Notes under the pieces: generated by a model | The model's database searches: none | The model's input: the letters and a program-made list of their open reading frames with translations, nothing else | Told to the model about the DNA's origin: nothing | Assembly (NCBI GenBank): GCA_035389045.1 | Contig: DAOORA010000007.1 | Span: 1-64,000 of the forward strand | Source of the DNA: Bacteroidales bacterium | GTDB lineage: Bacteria; Bacteroidota; Bacteroidia; Bacteroidales; CAIWKO01 | DNA: 64,000 nt | Direction of reading: 5' to 3' | In this document: positions 10,648 to 20,655 of the stretch, piece after piece | Layout: each line of letters starts with the position of its first letter | Numbering within the stretch: position 1 is the stretch's first letter | Translations under genes and position numbers: made by a program

Positions 10648-10655
10648 CAAAAATA
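10648..10655 (-). promoter_or_regulatory. Bacteroidota sigma70 -7 element for the feoB-like gene
   Basis: TATTTTTG(C) matches TAnnTTTG, about 18 nt upstream of the ATG. Confidence 0.5.
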
Positions 10656-10831
10656 AACATTATTTGTAATCAATCCAAATAAAAATAGAATATTTTTGAG
10701 GCACACAGAGGTAAGAATTTTCAAAGACAATACTATTTTTATGACAATTTTGTTAAAAGATTTTCTTTTAATGTTTTATTTTTTATTATTGTACTTCAAT
10801 TTCACAATTTCTTTTTTTAAAATAGTTATGT

Positions 10832-12646
10832 ATGGCTACTAATAATTTAAGATGGGGCTCGCGTATCGGGCTGATTTTGGCGATGGCCGGGAATGCCGTA
10901 GGACTTGGGAATTTTTTAAGGTTCCCTGTGCAGGCGGTTCAGAACGGGGGAGGTGCTTTTATCATTCCGTACCTGGTATGTTTTTTACTGATGGGTATCC
11001 CCTTATTGTTCATTGAATGGTCAATAGGCCGTTTTGGCGGGCAGTATGGGCATCATACCACGCCTTTTGCCTTTAACAGGATGTCGAAAGCCTGGATGTG
11101 GAAGTATATTGGTGTTTTTGGGATATTTTCCAACATCACTATTGCGGCGTATTATTGTTATATTGAAAGCTGGACCATGTCATATGTTTACCATTCAGCC
11201 ACCGGCACTTTCAGCGGCATGAACCAAACCGGCGTGGCTGCTTTTTTTGATGATTATCTGAATATTTTCACTTCTACGACAGGCATACCCTTTGAAGCCA
11301 TCATTTTCTTTTTGTTTTGCCTTGTTTTGAATACATGGGTCTTGAGCCGTGGTTTGAGCGGGGGAGTGGAAAAAGCGGCCAAAATAGGCATGCCATTGCT
11401 GATTTTTTTTGGTATTTTTCTGGCCATCAAAGCCATTTTTCTTAAAGCCGGACATGACGGCGCAATAAATGATGGTACAGTAGGTCTGAATTTTTTATGG
11501 ACACCGCAATATTCTTCGCTTACTAATCCAAAAGTATGGCTGGCGGCAGCCGGTCAGATATTTTTTACCCTTTCGCTGGGGCAGGGCTCCGTGCAGTGTT
11601 ATGCAGCCTATGTAAAAAAGAAAGACGATATAGCGCTCAATGCCATGTCGGCCGGCTGGATGAACGAGTTTGTTGAAGTGGTCCTGGGCAGCGCCATCAT
11701 CATTCCGATCTCTATCGGCTATCTTGGTATTGACAGAGTTATTGAACTCACATCTTTTGGTGGCCTGGGCCTTGGTTTTCGCACTATGCCATTCCTCTTC
11801 CAACAGTGGGGGCCTGTATTGGCGGCTATGGCGGGTGTTGCTTTTTTTGGGTTGCTTTTTTTTGCAGGCATCACCTCGTCTCTGGCAATGGGAACACCGG
11901 TGATGTCATTTCTTATAGATGAATTCAAATGGCGGCGGTCGCGGGCGGCCATAGGTTTCGGAGTTTCTGTCCTGATACTGGGACTTCCTACAGTAATGTT
12001 TTTCCAGAAAGGAGTGTTCGACGAATATGATTATTGGGCAGGCACTGTTTCGCTGGTATTGTTTGCCATGTTCGAAGCCGTGCTTTTTGCCTGGGTATTC
12101 GGTATGAAAAAAGGCTGGTCAGAGATTACGGGAGGAGCCGACATCAAAGTCCCCGGTGTTTTTAAATATATCCTGAAATTTGTTACTCCGGTTATTTTAA
12201 TCCTCGTTTTTGTTACTTCACTGATACGCCCTGCCAATGACGATTGGAGCAAAGTGAGCATTACCGGATGGGCCTTACACCCCGAGAGTATTATTGCCAA
12301 GATTCGTAATGACCATATCGGCCCCAACCAACGATATTTTTCTGATACATTTTATGCTGAAACATCCGGTACTGTGGATACTGTGTTTGTTTGCGAAAAT
12401 AAAAGTGTTATCGCCATAAAAAAAAGTGACAACAGCGTTAAGACCTTTGAGACTGCAGTTTCAAACTATGCCATAGTGAAAAAAGGTGATGTTGTTTGTA
12501 CTGGTGACGCTATCTTTAGCGGGAGATTTATCAATAATGTATTTTATATTGACATGTCTCGCCTGCTGCTTGTTACTTTGTTTTTTGTTATATGTTGTTT
12601 GATATTTGTCGCATATCGTAAGCGTAAAAAAGAAGGGACATTATAA
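10832..12646 (+). CDS. Sodium-dependent transporter, neurotransmitter:sodium symporter (NSS/SNF) family
   Basis: GNAVGLGNFLRFP, NGGGAFIIPY, WLAAAGQIFFTLSLG, FFAGITSS motifs; about 12 TM segments; ~100 aa soluble insertion before the last TM. Confidence 0.93.
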   Translation: MATNNLRWGSRIGLILAMAGNAVGLGNFLRFPVQAVQNGGGAFIIPYLVCFLLMGIPLLFIEWSIGRFGGQYGHHTTPFAFNRMSKAWMWKYIGVFGIFSNITIAAYYCYIESWTMSYVYHSATGTFSGMNQTGVAAFFDDYLNIFTSTTGIPFEAIIFFLFCLVLNTWVLSRGLSGGVEKAAKIGMPLLIFFGIFLAIKAIFLKAGHDGAINDGTVGLNFLWTPQYSSLTNPKVWLAAAGQIFFTLSLGQGSVQCYAAYVKKKDDIALNAMSAGWMNEFVEVVLGSAIIIPISIGYLGIDRVIELTSFGGLGLGFRTMPFLFQQWGPVLAAMAGVAFFGLLFFAGITSSLAMGTPVMSFLIDEFKWRRSRAAIGFGVSVLILGLPTVMFFQKGVFDEYDYWAGTVSLVLFAMFEAVLFAWVFGMKKGWSEITGGADIKVPGVFKYILKFVTPVILILVFVTSLIRPANDDWSKVSITGWALHPESIIAKIRNDHIGPNQRYFSDTFYAETSGTVDTVFVCENKSVIAIKKSDNSVKTFETAVSNYAIVKKGDVVCTGDAIFSGRFINNVFYIDMSRLLLVTLFFVICCLIFVAYRKRKKEGTL

Positions 12647-12647
12647 T

Positions 12648-12803
12648 ATGAATACATCTGCGTTTTTATTTATGATTATTACAGAGGTTATCATCACCGG
12701 GCTGACGCTTTATTTCTTCTTTAAAGTGCTTCTCATGAAACCCAAAGTTGATGTTAACGAAGATTCCTATCTGGATAATGATGAGCCGGAAACTAAAAAA
12801 TGA
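12648..12803 (+). CDS. Small single-TM protein, probable MetS-type NSS transporter accessory subunit (51 aa)
   Basis: ATG 1 nt after the NSS stop; MNTSAFLFMIITEVIITGLTLYFFFKVLL plus charged tail, the arrangement typical of MetS-like partners. Confidence 0.7.
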   Translation: MNTSAFLFMIITEVIITGLTLYFFFKVLLMKPKVDVNEDSYLDNDEPETKK

Positions 12804-12849
12804 TTTTTTAAAAAAAAAATATACGCTTTGGCAGGCTGAGTACAACGCA

Positions 12850-13228
12850 TTTCTGATTGTAAACTCCGTTTTTTTCTGCTATGCAAGCCCTGCTGTCCGC
12901 TAACCGAAGGAAGGACAGGCCTCGAAACGGAACTGTTCAATTCACATAGGGTTCCCGTTTAGACATTATTTAATGTCTGCCGGTAAAGTCCGGTTTTTTC
13001 CCTGCCTGATCCGCCGGTTGGCAGACAGTCGGGCAGGGTTATGCTTGTTTTTTAAGACCGTCATTTACTTCGGTAAAATCCTGATTTTCAAAACTGCACT
13101 GGCTCAAACCCGAAATTGCTGACTCAGACACGAATAGTACCGTCAGGTACTACTTTGTGTTTTCTATATGGTCTTGCAACCCGCTAAACGGGATGTCACC
13201 TACTGAAGGGTATGGGCAGTGACAACCA
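12850..13228. repeat. Mosaic of nested palindromic elements (REP/BIME/MITE-like) between convergent genes
   Basis: CTGTCC..GGACAG (~12894-12918); perfect AGACATTA-TT-TAATGTCT (12961-12978); CCCTGCCTGA..TCGGGCAGGG (13000-13038); AATAGTACC-GTCA-GGTACTACT within 13128-13160; CCCG-CTAAA-CGGG and GTCAC..GTGAC (13180-13223). Confidence 0.7.
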
Positions 13229-13232
13229 AAGT

Positions 13233-13679
13233 TCAAAATAGTTCTTTGATTTCAGAATACCAATGCCGGATGGCATTATCCATTTTTTTCTGCTGAATAG
13301 ATTTAATTATTTCTGTGAGACGTTTCTCATTCAGATGATATTTCGTAATGATGCCGTCCAGAAAAGATTGTTCTGTTTTGTCAAAGTCATCATCCGCAAA
13401 CAGGGTGGAAGCAATCCAGAAGTGGACGATTTCCATTTTGGGAACATCCGTCTTCAGCGCTTCTATGGCTTTTTGAAAATCTATCTGTGAAATTTCTTTT
13501 TCTTCGATACCGAAACCCAGTGAGCGCCTTTTAAAGTCGGCCTTTTCTTCGTCAGAATAGGCTCCATCAGCATGGTATATTTCCAGTAATATCCTGAAAA
13601 GGTTTTCTCTGTCGGCTTTAGCCCATCCGAGGATCTTAAATTTATCACCCCATTCTTCCAGGTAGTTAAGGATATTCAT
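13233..13679 (-). CDS. TerB-like family protein
   Basis: Duplicated ADG..SDEEK and ADD.FDKTEQ..L motifs in an all-helical 148 aa protein. Confidence 0.6.
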   Translation of the reverse strand: MNILNYLEEWGDKFKILGWAKADRENLFRILLEIYHADGAYSDEEKADFKRRSLGFGIEEKEISQIDFQKAIEALKTDVPKMEIVHFWIASTLFADDDFDKTEQSFLDGIITKYHLNEKRLTEIIKSIQQKKMDNAIRHWYSEIKELF

Positions 13680-13736
13680 TTTATATCAATATTTAATTGG
13701 TTGAAAATTCAGGATTCAAAAGTAATGATTAATTAT

Positions 13737-15389
13737 TTATTCGAGGATAAATTTACCTTGTCCTGCTATTCCATTATTGTTTTGTATTGTAAAAAAGTAT
13801 ATTCCTTTTTGCAGCGTAATTAATTCAACGGTTACCTGCTTATCTTTTATGTTTTCAACTTGTTGCACCACCTGTCCGGTTGCATTATAAATCTTCAGTA
13901 TGTGTTCTTGTTTTTGCGGATTAGAAAATTGTACGTTCAGTGAACTGTTTGCCGGGTTTGGAAATACGGTCAGTGATTTGGTATCTGATGAATTTGGTTC
14001 TTTTATAGCATTGTTTGGGTTATAACAAAGGGACGACTGACGGCGGATATCGTGCTGGAACATCAGCCAGTCAGGGCCGGCGCCGGTCCCGATGGAAAGG
14101 GCATACCCCCTGCCATAGTTATTCTGAAAATCGGGGTATTTGCAATCGCCACCTACAATAAAAAGATCGAGAGTGTCATCATTATCAAAGTCGGCAATGA
14201 TCGGAGCGTGGTCAAAATCCAGGGTGTCGCCGTAATGCGCAGCAAGGTCTTTTATCCAGAGCGGCAGGCCTGTGGTACCTTTCAGTGCAATAACATCCCC
14301 GTCACTTGTACCGAAGACCACATCCGGTTTGTTATCATTGTCGATATCCGCAAGAGCGGCGCCCCTGAAAGCGCTGGCATATCCGGGTATTGAATAATTC
14401 CAGAAAGAGGAACCATCGTGTCTGAGGGCTGTCATTTTATACCAGCCGCTGCAAATCACCTCGCAGTTTCCGTCATTATCCAGATCGGCAATCGAGGCCG
14501 GAGCGCCAACCGAGTATCCCTGGGGGAAGGTATAGTTCCAGCATGTACTGCCGTTTTCTCCGTTCAGGACGGATAGTTTTCCGCTATAGTCGCCGATGAC
14601 AAGTTCCGGCCGTGTGTCGTTGTCGAGGTCTGCAACAGCAGTGCCGTGGTAAACAACATCATCAAGGGCATGTTTCCAGAGCAATGCCTGGTTGTTGGCC
14701 CGGTATGCGTAAACATAATTGGTGTCTCCTGAAAAAGCCCAGGAAGCCACCACAAAATCGAGTTGTCCGTCTGCATCGAGGTCAAGGATGGTCGGAGCTG
14801 TCTGTATCCATGAATTGTTATTCACGGGTATTTCCCATGCTACCGATCCATTTTCTGCATTGATACATATTACATATCCGTCAAATTCACCATGAAGAAT
14901 CTCGGCTTTGCCGTCGTTATCAATATCGGCTATTGTCGGTGGGGAGTCGCTGCCACGGGTGGGGGTCTGCCATTTTATCTTTCCGTCAGGGCCGTTAAAG
15001 CAGAAGGTGGCCGGGTTGCAGGAAGCCGGGACAATTACATCAAGGGTATCATCATTGTCAATATCGTATATGACCGGCGCTACATCGTTGCAGCCTTCGG
15101 CATTGACCGCATGGGTGTTGTTTTTCCATAGCAGTGATCCGTCTTCAGCATTTAGTGCATACACCGAGCTGTCATTACGGTAACACCCGAAAACAAGTTC
15201 AAGTTTTCCGTCGTGATCAATATCTCCGGCTGCTGTTTGCCCGAACGAAGCATCGTGGGTGTCAAACCACCATGTTATCGAAGGTGATTGTGCATAAGTG
15301 TTTGCATTGATAATAACCGATAAAGCAATAATGAAAACACAATGTGCTGTTTTCATAGATGAAAAACAGCAGGTCATTTTATACCACAT
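13737..15389 (-). CDS. FG-GAP/VCBS repeat beta-propeller protein with T9SS CTD
   Basis: Repeated (A)DIDNDG..E(I/L)V calcium-blade motifs with PQQ-like ALNAEDGSLLW; CTD VFPNP..IYNATGQ..GIYF..KFILE. True start may be the second Met (MKTAHC). Confidence 0.85.
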   Translation of the reverse strand: MWYKMTCCFSSMKTAHCVFIIALSVIINANTYAQSPSITWWFDTHDASFGQTAAGDIDHDGKLELVFGCYRNDSSVYALNAEDGSLLWKNNTHAVNAEGCNDVAPVIYDIDNDDTLDVIVPASCNPATFCFNGPDGKIKWQTPTRGSDSPPTIADIDNDGKAEILHGEFDGYVICINAENGSVAWEIPVNNNSWIQTAPTILDLDADGQLDFVVASWAFSGDTNYVYAYRANNQALLWKHALDDVVYHGTAVADLDNDTRPELVIGDYSGKLSVLNGENGSTCWNYTFPQGYSVGAPASIADLDNDGNCEVICSGWYKMTALRHDGSSFWNYSIPGYASAFRGAALADIDNDNKPDVVFGTSDGDVIALKGTTGLPLWIKDLAAHYGDTLDFDHAPIIADFDNDDTLDLFIVGGDCKYPDFQNNYGRGYALSIGTGAGPDWLMFQHDIRRQSSLCYNPNNAIKEPNSSDTKSLTVFPNPANSSLNVQFSNPQKQEHILKIYNATGQVVQQVENIKDKQVTVELITLQKGIYFFTIQNNNGIAGQGKFILE

Positions 15390-15493
15390 ATCAGGTTCCT
15401 CCTTAATTCATTTAATTAAAAAAATATGTTGAGTTAAGAGAAGTAAATATAATAAATTTTATGACATCTCAGCAGGAAAACAACAGTAAGCTT

Positions 15494-17263
15494 CTATCTG
15501 CTGATAATAATTTTTTCAACACTTTTGTTATTAATACTTTCAGCAACGAAAGTGTAAACACCTTCGGGTAACCGACTGACATCGAGCGATGTGTCATTTT
15601 CTGTTTCTATTTCCTTCAGAAGAATGCCAAGCGTATTATACAGCTTGATAACAGTTTTTTTTGTTATTCCTGCTGTGTTTATTGTGCCTGTTGCAGGGTT
15701 TGGGAACAGAGATATGACGGGTGTTTCAGCGGTATTGTCCTGTACCCCTTCAAAGAGGTTTTTTGTCATCTTCAATTTATACGGATGCAGATAACTATTT
15801 GAGGTGGGGATTCCGGAAATTTCAATGCCATATTCTCCCGCATTCAGCGTTTGGCTGTAATCGATAGCCGGAGCGCCATTGCTGTGCATAGTTGTCCCTG
15901 TGGGTTGCCCTGCTGAATCAACTATTCGTATCATTAAATCATAAATATAAATATTACTTATATTAATATGAGCATTACCGTTTGCTGGCATATAAAACTT
16001 AAACATGTCAAAATCGTGTTGATTAGTTCCGGGAGTTTGCGGAGTCATAAATGCCATATAGGTGGTGTCAAAACCAATGCAATATGCTAACGGGAGATTA
16101 TTTGGCTCGTCCAGTCCCTGCATCAGAAGGTACATTATGCTAAGCAGGTCATTGTGTATCTGGATCAAATTATGAGAGGGATACCTGAAAATGTTTTGTG
16201 TAAGACCAGGATAAAAGTTATTCAGGTCAGCGCTGTATGACAACACTACGCCATCACCCGGTGTGGCCTCGGGACATCCGTTGCATTCTCCGATGATGAG
16301 TGCAAGGTCGTGGTCGGTGGTCATGGGTTTATGATTAAGTCCTGTGATCAGGTCGCCGGTATGGCCGTTGCAATTCACATCAACATTGTAATAATCAGTC
16401 CAAAACATATCGTCCATAACTTCATAACTTTCTAAACCGCCGAACAGGAAAACTCCTGAATCGCCCGTATAGGTGTACGTTGTTCTCAGGTCTCGCAAGC
16501 CTTCAGAACGATCATTCATTCCGATCAAAATATCTCCCAGTTGGGTCAACGAGGCATCACTGCCGCCATGAGGAGTTCCGGCTGTTATTAATTTGGCCAC
16601 ATGGTGTTTGCCATCTGCCTGCCATAGACCATGGTTCTGCAAGTATTGTCTTGATGCAAGTCCTCCCATGCTGTGTGTCAGCAAAACAACTTTTTTACGT
16701 CCTGTCAGTTGCAACACCCTTCTGACCGCTTCCCTTACGGCCCTTCCTTGCTTGAATGCTGCTGATTCGTTGCTTAATACCTTGTGACCCGGATTTATGG
16801 GATCATAACTGCCATCGTCACCTACATTGAAGTTCACATAATAATAATCACCGGCAGTCCATGTGCCTGTAAACAGTGCGAGATCAGCACCCTGCGCAGG
16901 CCAGAAATCCGTATTGGCTGTCATATTGTCACCGTCGTAGTTCAAACAAAAATCAAATCTGCCGCCGAAGTTAAAACTGTAATACAAATCCAGTGAATCT
17001 GTAAATATGTCCCATTGTCCTGCTTCTCCGTTCACTCCGTGTATCAATATAACCGGGTAGGGGAGCTGCACACCGGATTTACCGGGCGAGGGCTTTTTTA
17101 GCGCCCTCCTTACCCCTGAAGGATCTGGCGCTGACAGAAATTCGTATCCGGCAGGCCTTTCCCTGGGAACGGCATCAAAAGAATAAATGCCATTTTTGTT
17201 TTGTTGTGCATTCGCGTAAATGCATATGGCAATTAAACATAAGATTATAGTCAGTTTCTTCAT
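15494..17263 (-). CDS. Secreted alpha/beta hydrolase (lipase/PGAP1-like) with PPC-like domain and T9SS CTD
   Basis: Signal peptide; VILIHG, THSMGG nucleophile elbow, GTPHGGS, GDGVV, late His; CTD LFPNP..GVY..KIII. Confidence 0.85.
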   Translation of the reverse strand: MKKLTIILCLIAICIYANAQQNKNGIYSFDAVPRERPAGYEFLSAPDPSGVRRALKKPSPGKSGVQLPYPVILIHGVNGEAGQWDIFTDSLDLYYSFNFGGRFDFCLNYDGDNMTANTDFWPAQGADLALFTGTWTAGDYYYVNFNVGDDGSYDPINPGHKVLSNESAAFKQGRAVREAVRRVLQLTGRKKVVLLTHSMGGLASRQYLQNHGLWQADGKHHVAKLITAGTPHGGSDASLTQLGDILIGMNDRSEGLRDLRTTYTYTGDSGVFLFGGLESYEVMDDMFWTDYYNVDVNCNGHTGDLITGLNHKPMTTDHDLALIIGECNGCPEATPGDGVVLSYSADLNNFYPGLTQNIFRYPSHNLIQIHNDLLSIMYLLMQGLDEPNNLPLAYCIGFDTTYMAFMTPQTPGTNQHDFDMFKFYMPANGNAHINISNIYIYDLMIRIVDSAGQPTGTTMHSNGAPAIDYSQTLNAGEYGIEISGIPTSNSYLHPYKLKMTKNLFEGVQDNTAETPVISLFPNPATGTINTAGITKKTVIKLYNTLGILLKEIETENDTSLDVSRLPEGVYTFVAESINNKSVEKIIISR

Positions 17264-17417
17264 AAATGAACAGAGTCAGTAGAGTATATTGGGCAAAGTA
17301 TAAGCATAAACAATCCTGTGCTGCAAAAGTAAGGATTAAATATTACCTGATTAAATTTGATAAATACTTTTTTATCAACCAGAGGCTAAGAACATATTTT
17401 GATTCGTCAGAGATTGC

Positions 17418-18062
17418 CTATCTGAGGTCAATCACTTCTATTCCGGGGTGGTCAGTGGTTTTAAATGTGAACCTGGTGTCGGGGATTGTTTTGTTGGTGA
17501 CAAATTTAGTAATGGTATAAGTATAGGTATTCACACCGTTTTTGTCATAGATAATGGCATTGACAATTTGTTTTTGTGCTTTGTCAATCTCCACCCTGAC
17601 TTTGTAGAACTGACCGGGCTTTAAAGGAGTGAGGTCAAGTATCTGGAGAATCTTTGGTCCGCGCGTCTCTTCTTTGATAAATTTAGGGCTGAAAGTTTTA
17701 TTGTAGTCCGTGAGTAATTTTAAGGGGTTTAGATCATCATTGCTACTGGGATCATTAAGGTTAATCTGAACTTCATTATTATCTTTTATATAGGTCCAGA
17801 CTGTTTGTCCGTCACAAAAAATTTCCTGTCCGGAGTACTCTGTCCAATATTTGTCACCTTTCATACAGGCTGTTCCTGTTTTTGTTTCATTTGATTTTTT
17901 TGCGCTGTTGTGAATAGTGAACGTAAATGCAATGTCAATGGTAGCGTATGATTTTGTCTGTTTTGAAACACCCTCCAGTATGGCTTTTGCTTTTGTGTTG
18001 TCCTGGGCGTGGATGGATATGGCAAAAACCATCAGGAACGCGGTAATGATGAATTTTTTCAT
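17418..18062 (-). CDS. lolA: Outer membrane lipoprotein carrier protein LolA
   Basis: KGDKY, DGQTVWTY..NEVQI, P..LL..Y motifs; directly downstream of ftsK as in the conserved ftsK-lolA pair. Confidence 0.88.
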   Translation of the reverse strand: MKKFIITAFLMVFAISIHAQDNTKAKAILEGVSKQTKSYATIDIAFTFTIHNSAKKSNETKTGTACMKGDKYWTEYSGQEIFCDGQTVWTYIKDNNEVQINLNDPSSNDDLNPLKLLTDYNKTFSPKFIKEETRGPKILQILDLTPLKPGQFYKVRVEIDKAQKQIVNAIIYDKNGVNTYTYTITKFVTNKTIPDTRFTFKTTDHPGIEVIDLR

Positions 18063-18067
18063 GACGT

Positions 18068-20584
18068 TCAGTTATTGTTCCGTAAAGATGACAAAAACTG
18101 TTCCAAAGCTTGCATGTCTTTATATCTCACTTCTCTGGCTTTGCTGCCTTCGAAAGGGCCAACGATACCTGCTGCTTCAAGCTGATCGATGATACGGCCG
18201 GCACGGTTGTATCCAAGCTTCAGCTTGCGCTGTAAAAGTGAAGTAGAGCCATGCTGGTGGGTGACAATTACCCGGGCCGCCTCATCGAACATTTCGTCCC
18301 GTTCTGAGGAATCGATATCTTTTTCGGGTCCGTTTTCTTCATCAGGACATTCGGGAAGTTCGAATACGTCCGGGAATGCCCGTTGTGCTCCGATAAAATC
18401 AGTAAGATTTTCCACCTCCGGAGCATCAATAAATGCACACTGAAGCCTGACCATTTCATTACCTGTGGACAAAAGCATATCCCCCCTGCCAATAAGCTGG
18501 TCGGCGCCACCCGTATCGAGTATGGTGCGGGAGTCTATCTTTGAGATCACACGGTACGCCACCCGAGCCGGGAAGTTGGCTTTGATGGTTCCGGTGATGA
18601 CATTTACCGACGGACGCTGGGTGGCCACAATGAGGTGTATGCCTATGGCGCGGGCAAGCTGTGCCAGACGGGTGATCGGAGCTTCCACTTCTTTACCGGC
18701 AGTCATGATCAGGTCGGCAAATTCATCAACGATAACGACGATATAGGGCATGAATTCATGACCATCGTTTGGATTCAGCTTGCGCGCAATGAATTTTGTA
18801 TTGTATTCCTTTATATTCCTGACACTGGCGAGTTTCAACAGGTCGTAGCGCGATTCCATCAGTATACACAGGGAATTGAGCGTGCGTACCACCTTGCGGA
18901 CATCGGTGATGATGGCTTCTTCGGAATCGGGGAGTTTAGCAAGATAATGCCGCTCAATTTTTGAAAACAGCGTCAGTTCGACTTTTTTGGGGTCAACGAG
19001 TACAAATTTGAGTTCAGCGGGGTGTTTTTTATAGAGCAGCGAAGCTATAATGGCATTAAGGCCTACCGATTTACCCTGTCCTGTTGCTCCGGCAATGAGC
19101 AGGTGGGGCATTTTAGCCAGGTCGGTAACATAGCTGGTATTTGAAATCGTTTTCCCCAGGCCTATAGGAAGGTCAAAACTGTTGTTTTGGAATTTCTCTG
19201 ATGCAAGTATCGACCTCATGGACACGACCCTGGGGCTTTGATTGGGCACCTCAATGCCAATGGTGCCTTTGCCCGGCATAGGTGCGATGATGCGTATGCC
19301 CAAGGCAGACAAACTCAGTGCGATATCGTCTTCAAGGTTCTTTATCTTGGCAATGCGCACCCCGGGTGACGGGACAATTTCATATAAAGTAACGGTAGGG
19401 CCTATAGTAGCATTAATTTTATCGATCTGAATCGAATAATTGTTCAGTGTTTTCAGGATACGGTTCTTGTTGGCTTCCAGTTCTTCGGCCTGAACGGAGA
19501 CATTGCCGGTATCGTATTCGACCAGCAGGTCAAGCCCGGGAAACCGGTAAGATGATAATTCAAGCCTCGGATCATAAGGAGTATCGACAGTGTAGTGTTC
19601 TTTACCGTCATCGTCCTCAGGGATTTCATCAACGGGAGTATCACCTATTTCTTCCGGTGGAGTGATGGTGAAAGGAATGTCAATATCATCGGTGACCGTT
19701 GTCTTTTTGGATGCATTGTTTAACAATTCAACCGGTTCATCTTCTGAAATCACAGGTTTTTGAGTCAATTCAAATTCATCATCTTCATCAGGGTTATGTT
19801 TTTCAGGTTCCCTGAATTCATTTCGGGTTGTGATCGGCTCCGACACTGTTTCTTCAACATCATCTTCATCGGCGGCGACCTTATTTTTTCTTTTCCATCT
19901 CAGATGAATGTTGTATTCGATAATGAGAAAACTAATGATCAGAAAGAATAGCAGGATGCCTGTTCCTATCTTTCCAATAATACTGTTCAGCCACATATTT
20001 ATCTGGTATCCGAATGAGCCGCCCATTATCAGCATTCTTTCTGCAGGCAGCACAAAGGATAGGCATACCGAAATCCATAATAACCCGAAAATCAGATATA
20101 ACGTGGCCTTCGAAAGTGGGAAAAGACGGACATTAAGAAACAATTTCATTCCTGTTACAAACAACCATCCGGCAAATAAAAAAGAAGCCACACCAAACCA
20201 TTTCTTAATAAACAAAAAAGATAATACAGCACCGATCTTTCCCATCCAGTTCAGGGACTGAAGACTGTTGTCTGTCAATACACGGAAAAACGAATTATGA
20301 AAGATATTATCATCAGCTTTCCATGAGAAAAGGTAGGAAACGAATGCGATCAGCAGGAAAAATGAAACGAGCAGTAAGAAAAGTCCTGTAATTTTCTGAG
20401 ATTTTTCGCTTCTGAGTGTTTCAATAATGCCTATGGCTTTGTGTTCAACGTTTTTTTGTTTTTTTATTTTTTTGTCTTTTTCTTTCTTGACAGTTCCCTG
20501 TTTTGGTGTTGATGGTTGATTATCAGCAGGGATGCCTTCTTCCTTAAAGGTGTTTTTTGAAAAAGTATGTTCCGTCCGGGGCAT
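18068..20584 (-). CDS. ftsK: DNA translocase FtsK
   Basis: N-terminal 4TM region, PHLLIAGATGQGKS Walker A, VDEFADL Walker B, ATQRPS, gamma domain LQRKLKLGYNRAGRI. ATG at 20584 preferred over TTG at 20602. Confidence 0.97.
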   Translation of the reverse strand: MPRTEHTFSKNTFKEEGIPADNQPSTPKQGTVKKEKDKKIKKQKNVEHKAIGIIETLRSEKSQKITGLFLLLVSFFLLIAFVSYLFSWKADDNIFHNSFFRVLTDNSLQSLNWMGKIGAVLSFLFIKKWFGVASFLFAGWLFVTGMKLFLNVRLFPLSKATLYLIFGLLWISVCLSFVLPAERMLIMGGSFGYQINMWLNSIIGKIGTGILLFFLIISFLIIEYNIHLRWKRKNKVAADEDDVEETVSEPITTRNEFREPEKHNPDEDDEFELTQKPVISEDEPVELLNNASKKTTVTDDIDIPFTITPPEEIGDTPVDEIPEDDDGKEHYTVDTPYDPRLELSSYRFPGLDLLVEYDTGNVSVQAEELEANKNRILKTLNNYSIQIDKINATIGPTVTLYEIVPSPGVRIAKIKNLEDDIALSLSALGIRIIAPMPGKGTIGIEVPNQSPRVVSMRSILASEKFQNNSFDLPIGLGKTISNTSYVTDLAKMPHLLIAGATGQGKSVGLNAIIASLLYKKHPAELKFVLVDPKKVELTLFSKIERHYLAKLPDSEEAIITDVRKVVRTLNSLCILMESRYDLLKLASVRNIKEYNTKFIARKLNPNDGHEFMPYIVVIVDEFADLIMTAGKEVEAPITRLAQLARAIGIHLIVATQRPSVNVITGTIKANFPARVAYRVISKIDSRTILDTGGADQLIGRGDMLLSTGNEMVRLQCAFIDAPEVENLTDFIGAQRAFPDVFELPECPDEENGPEKDIDSSERDEMFDEAARVIVTHQHGSTSLLQRKLKLGYNRAGRIIDQLEAAGIVGPFEGSKAREVRYKDMQALEQFLSSLRNNN

Positions 20585-20604
20585 TTTCAGCTGTTTATAC
20601 AAAA

Positions 20605-20638
20605 ATAAAATCCCCTGGCTGTATGCAGAGGATTTTAT
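20605..20638. terminator. Hairpin, probable intrinsic terminator of the 20656..21342 gene
   Basis: ATAAAATCC-CCTG...CAG-AGGATTTTAT inverted repeat followed by a T-tract on the minus strand. Confidence 0.55.
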
Positions 20639-20655
20639 CTGGAAATTATTATTTT

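Noticed and set aside
12850..13228. Riboswitch or tRNA
   Set aside because: Lies between two gene 3' ends; no cloverleaf or riboswitch consensus recognised; hairpins fit dispersed repeats better
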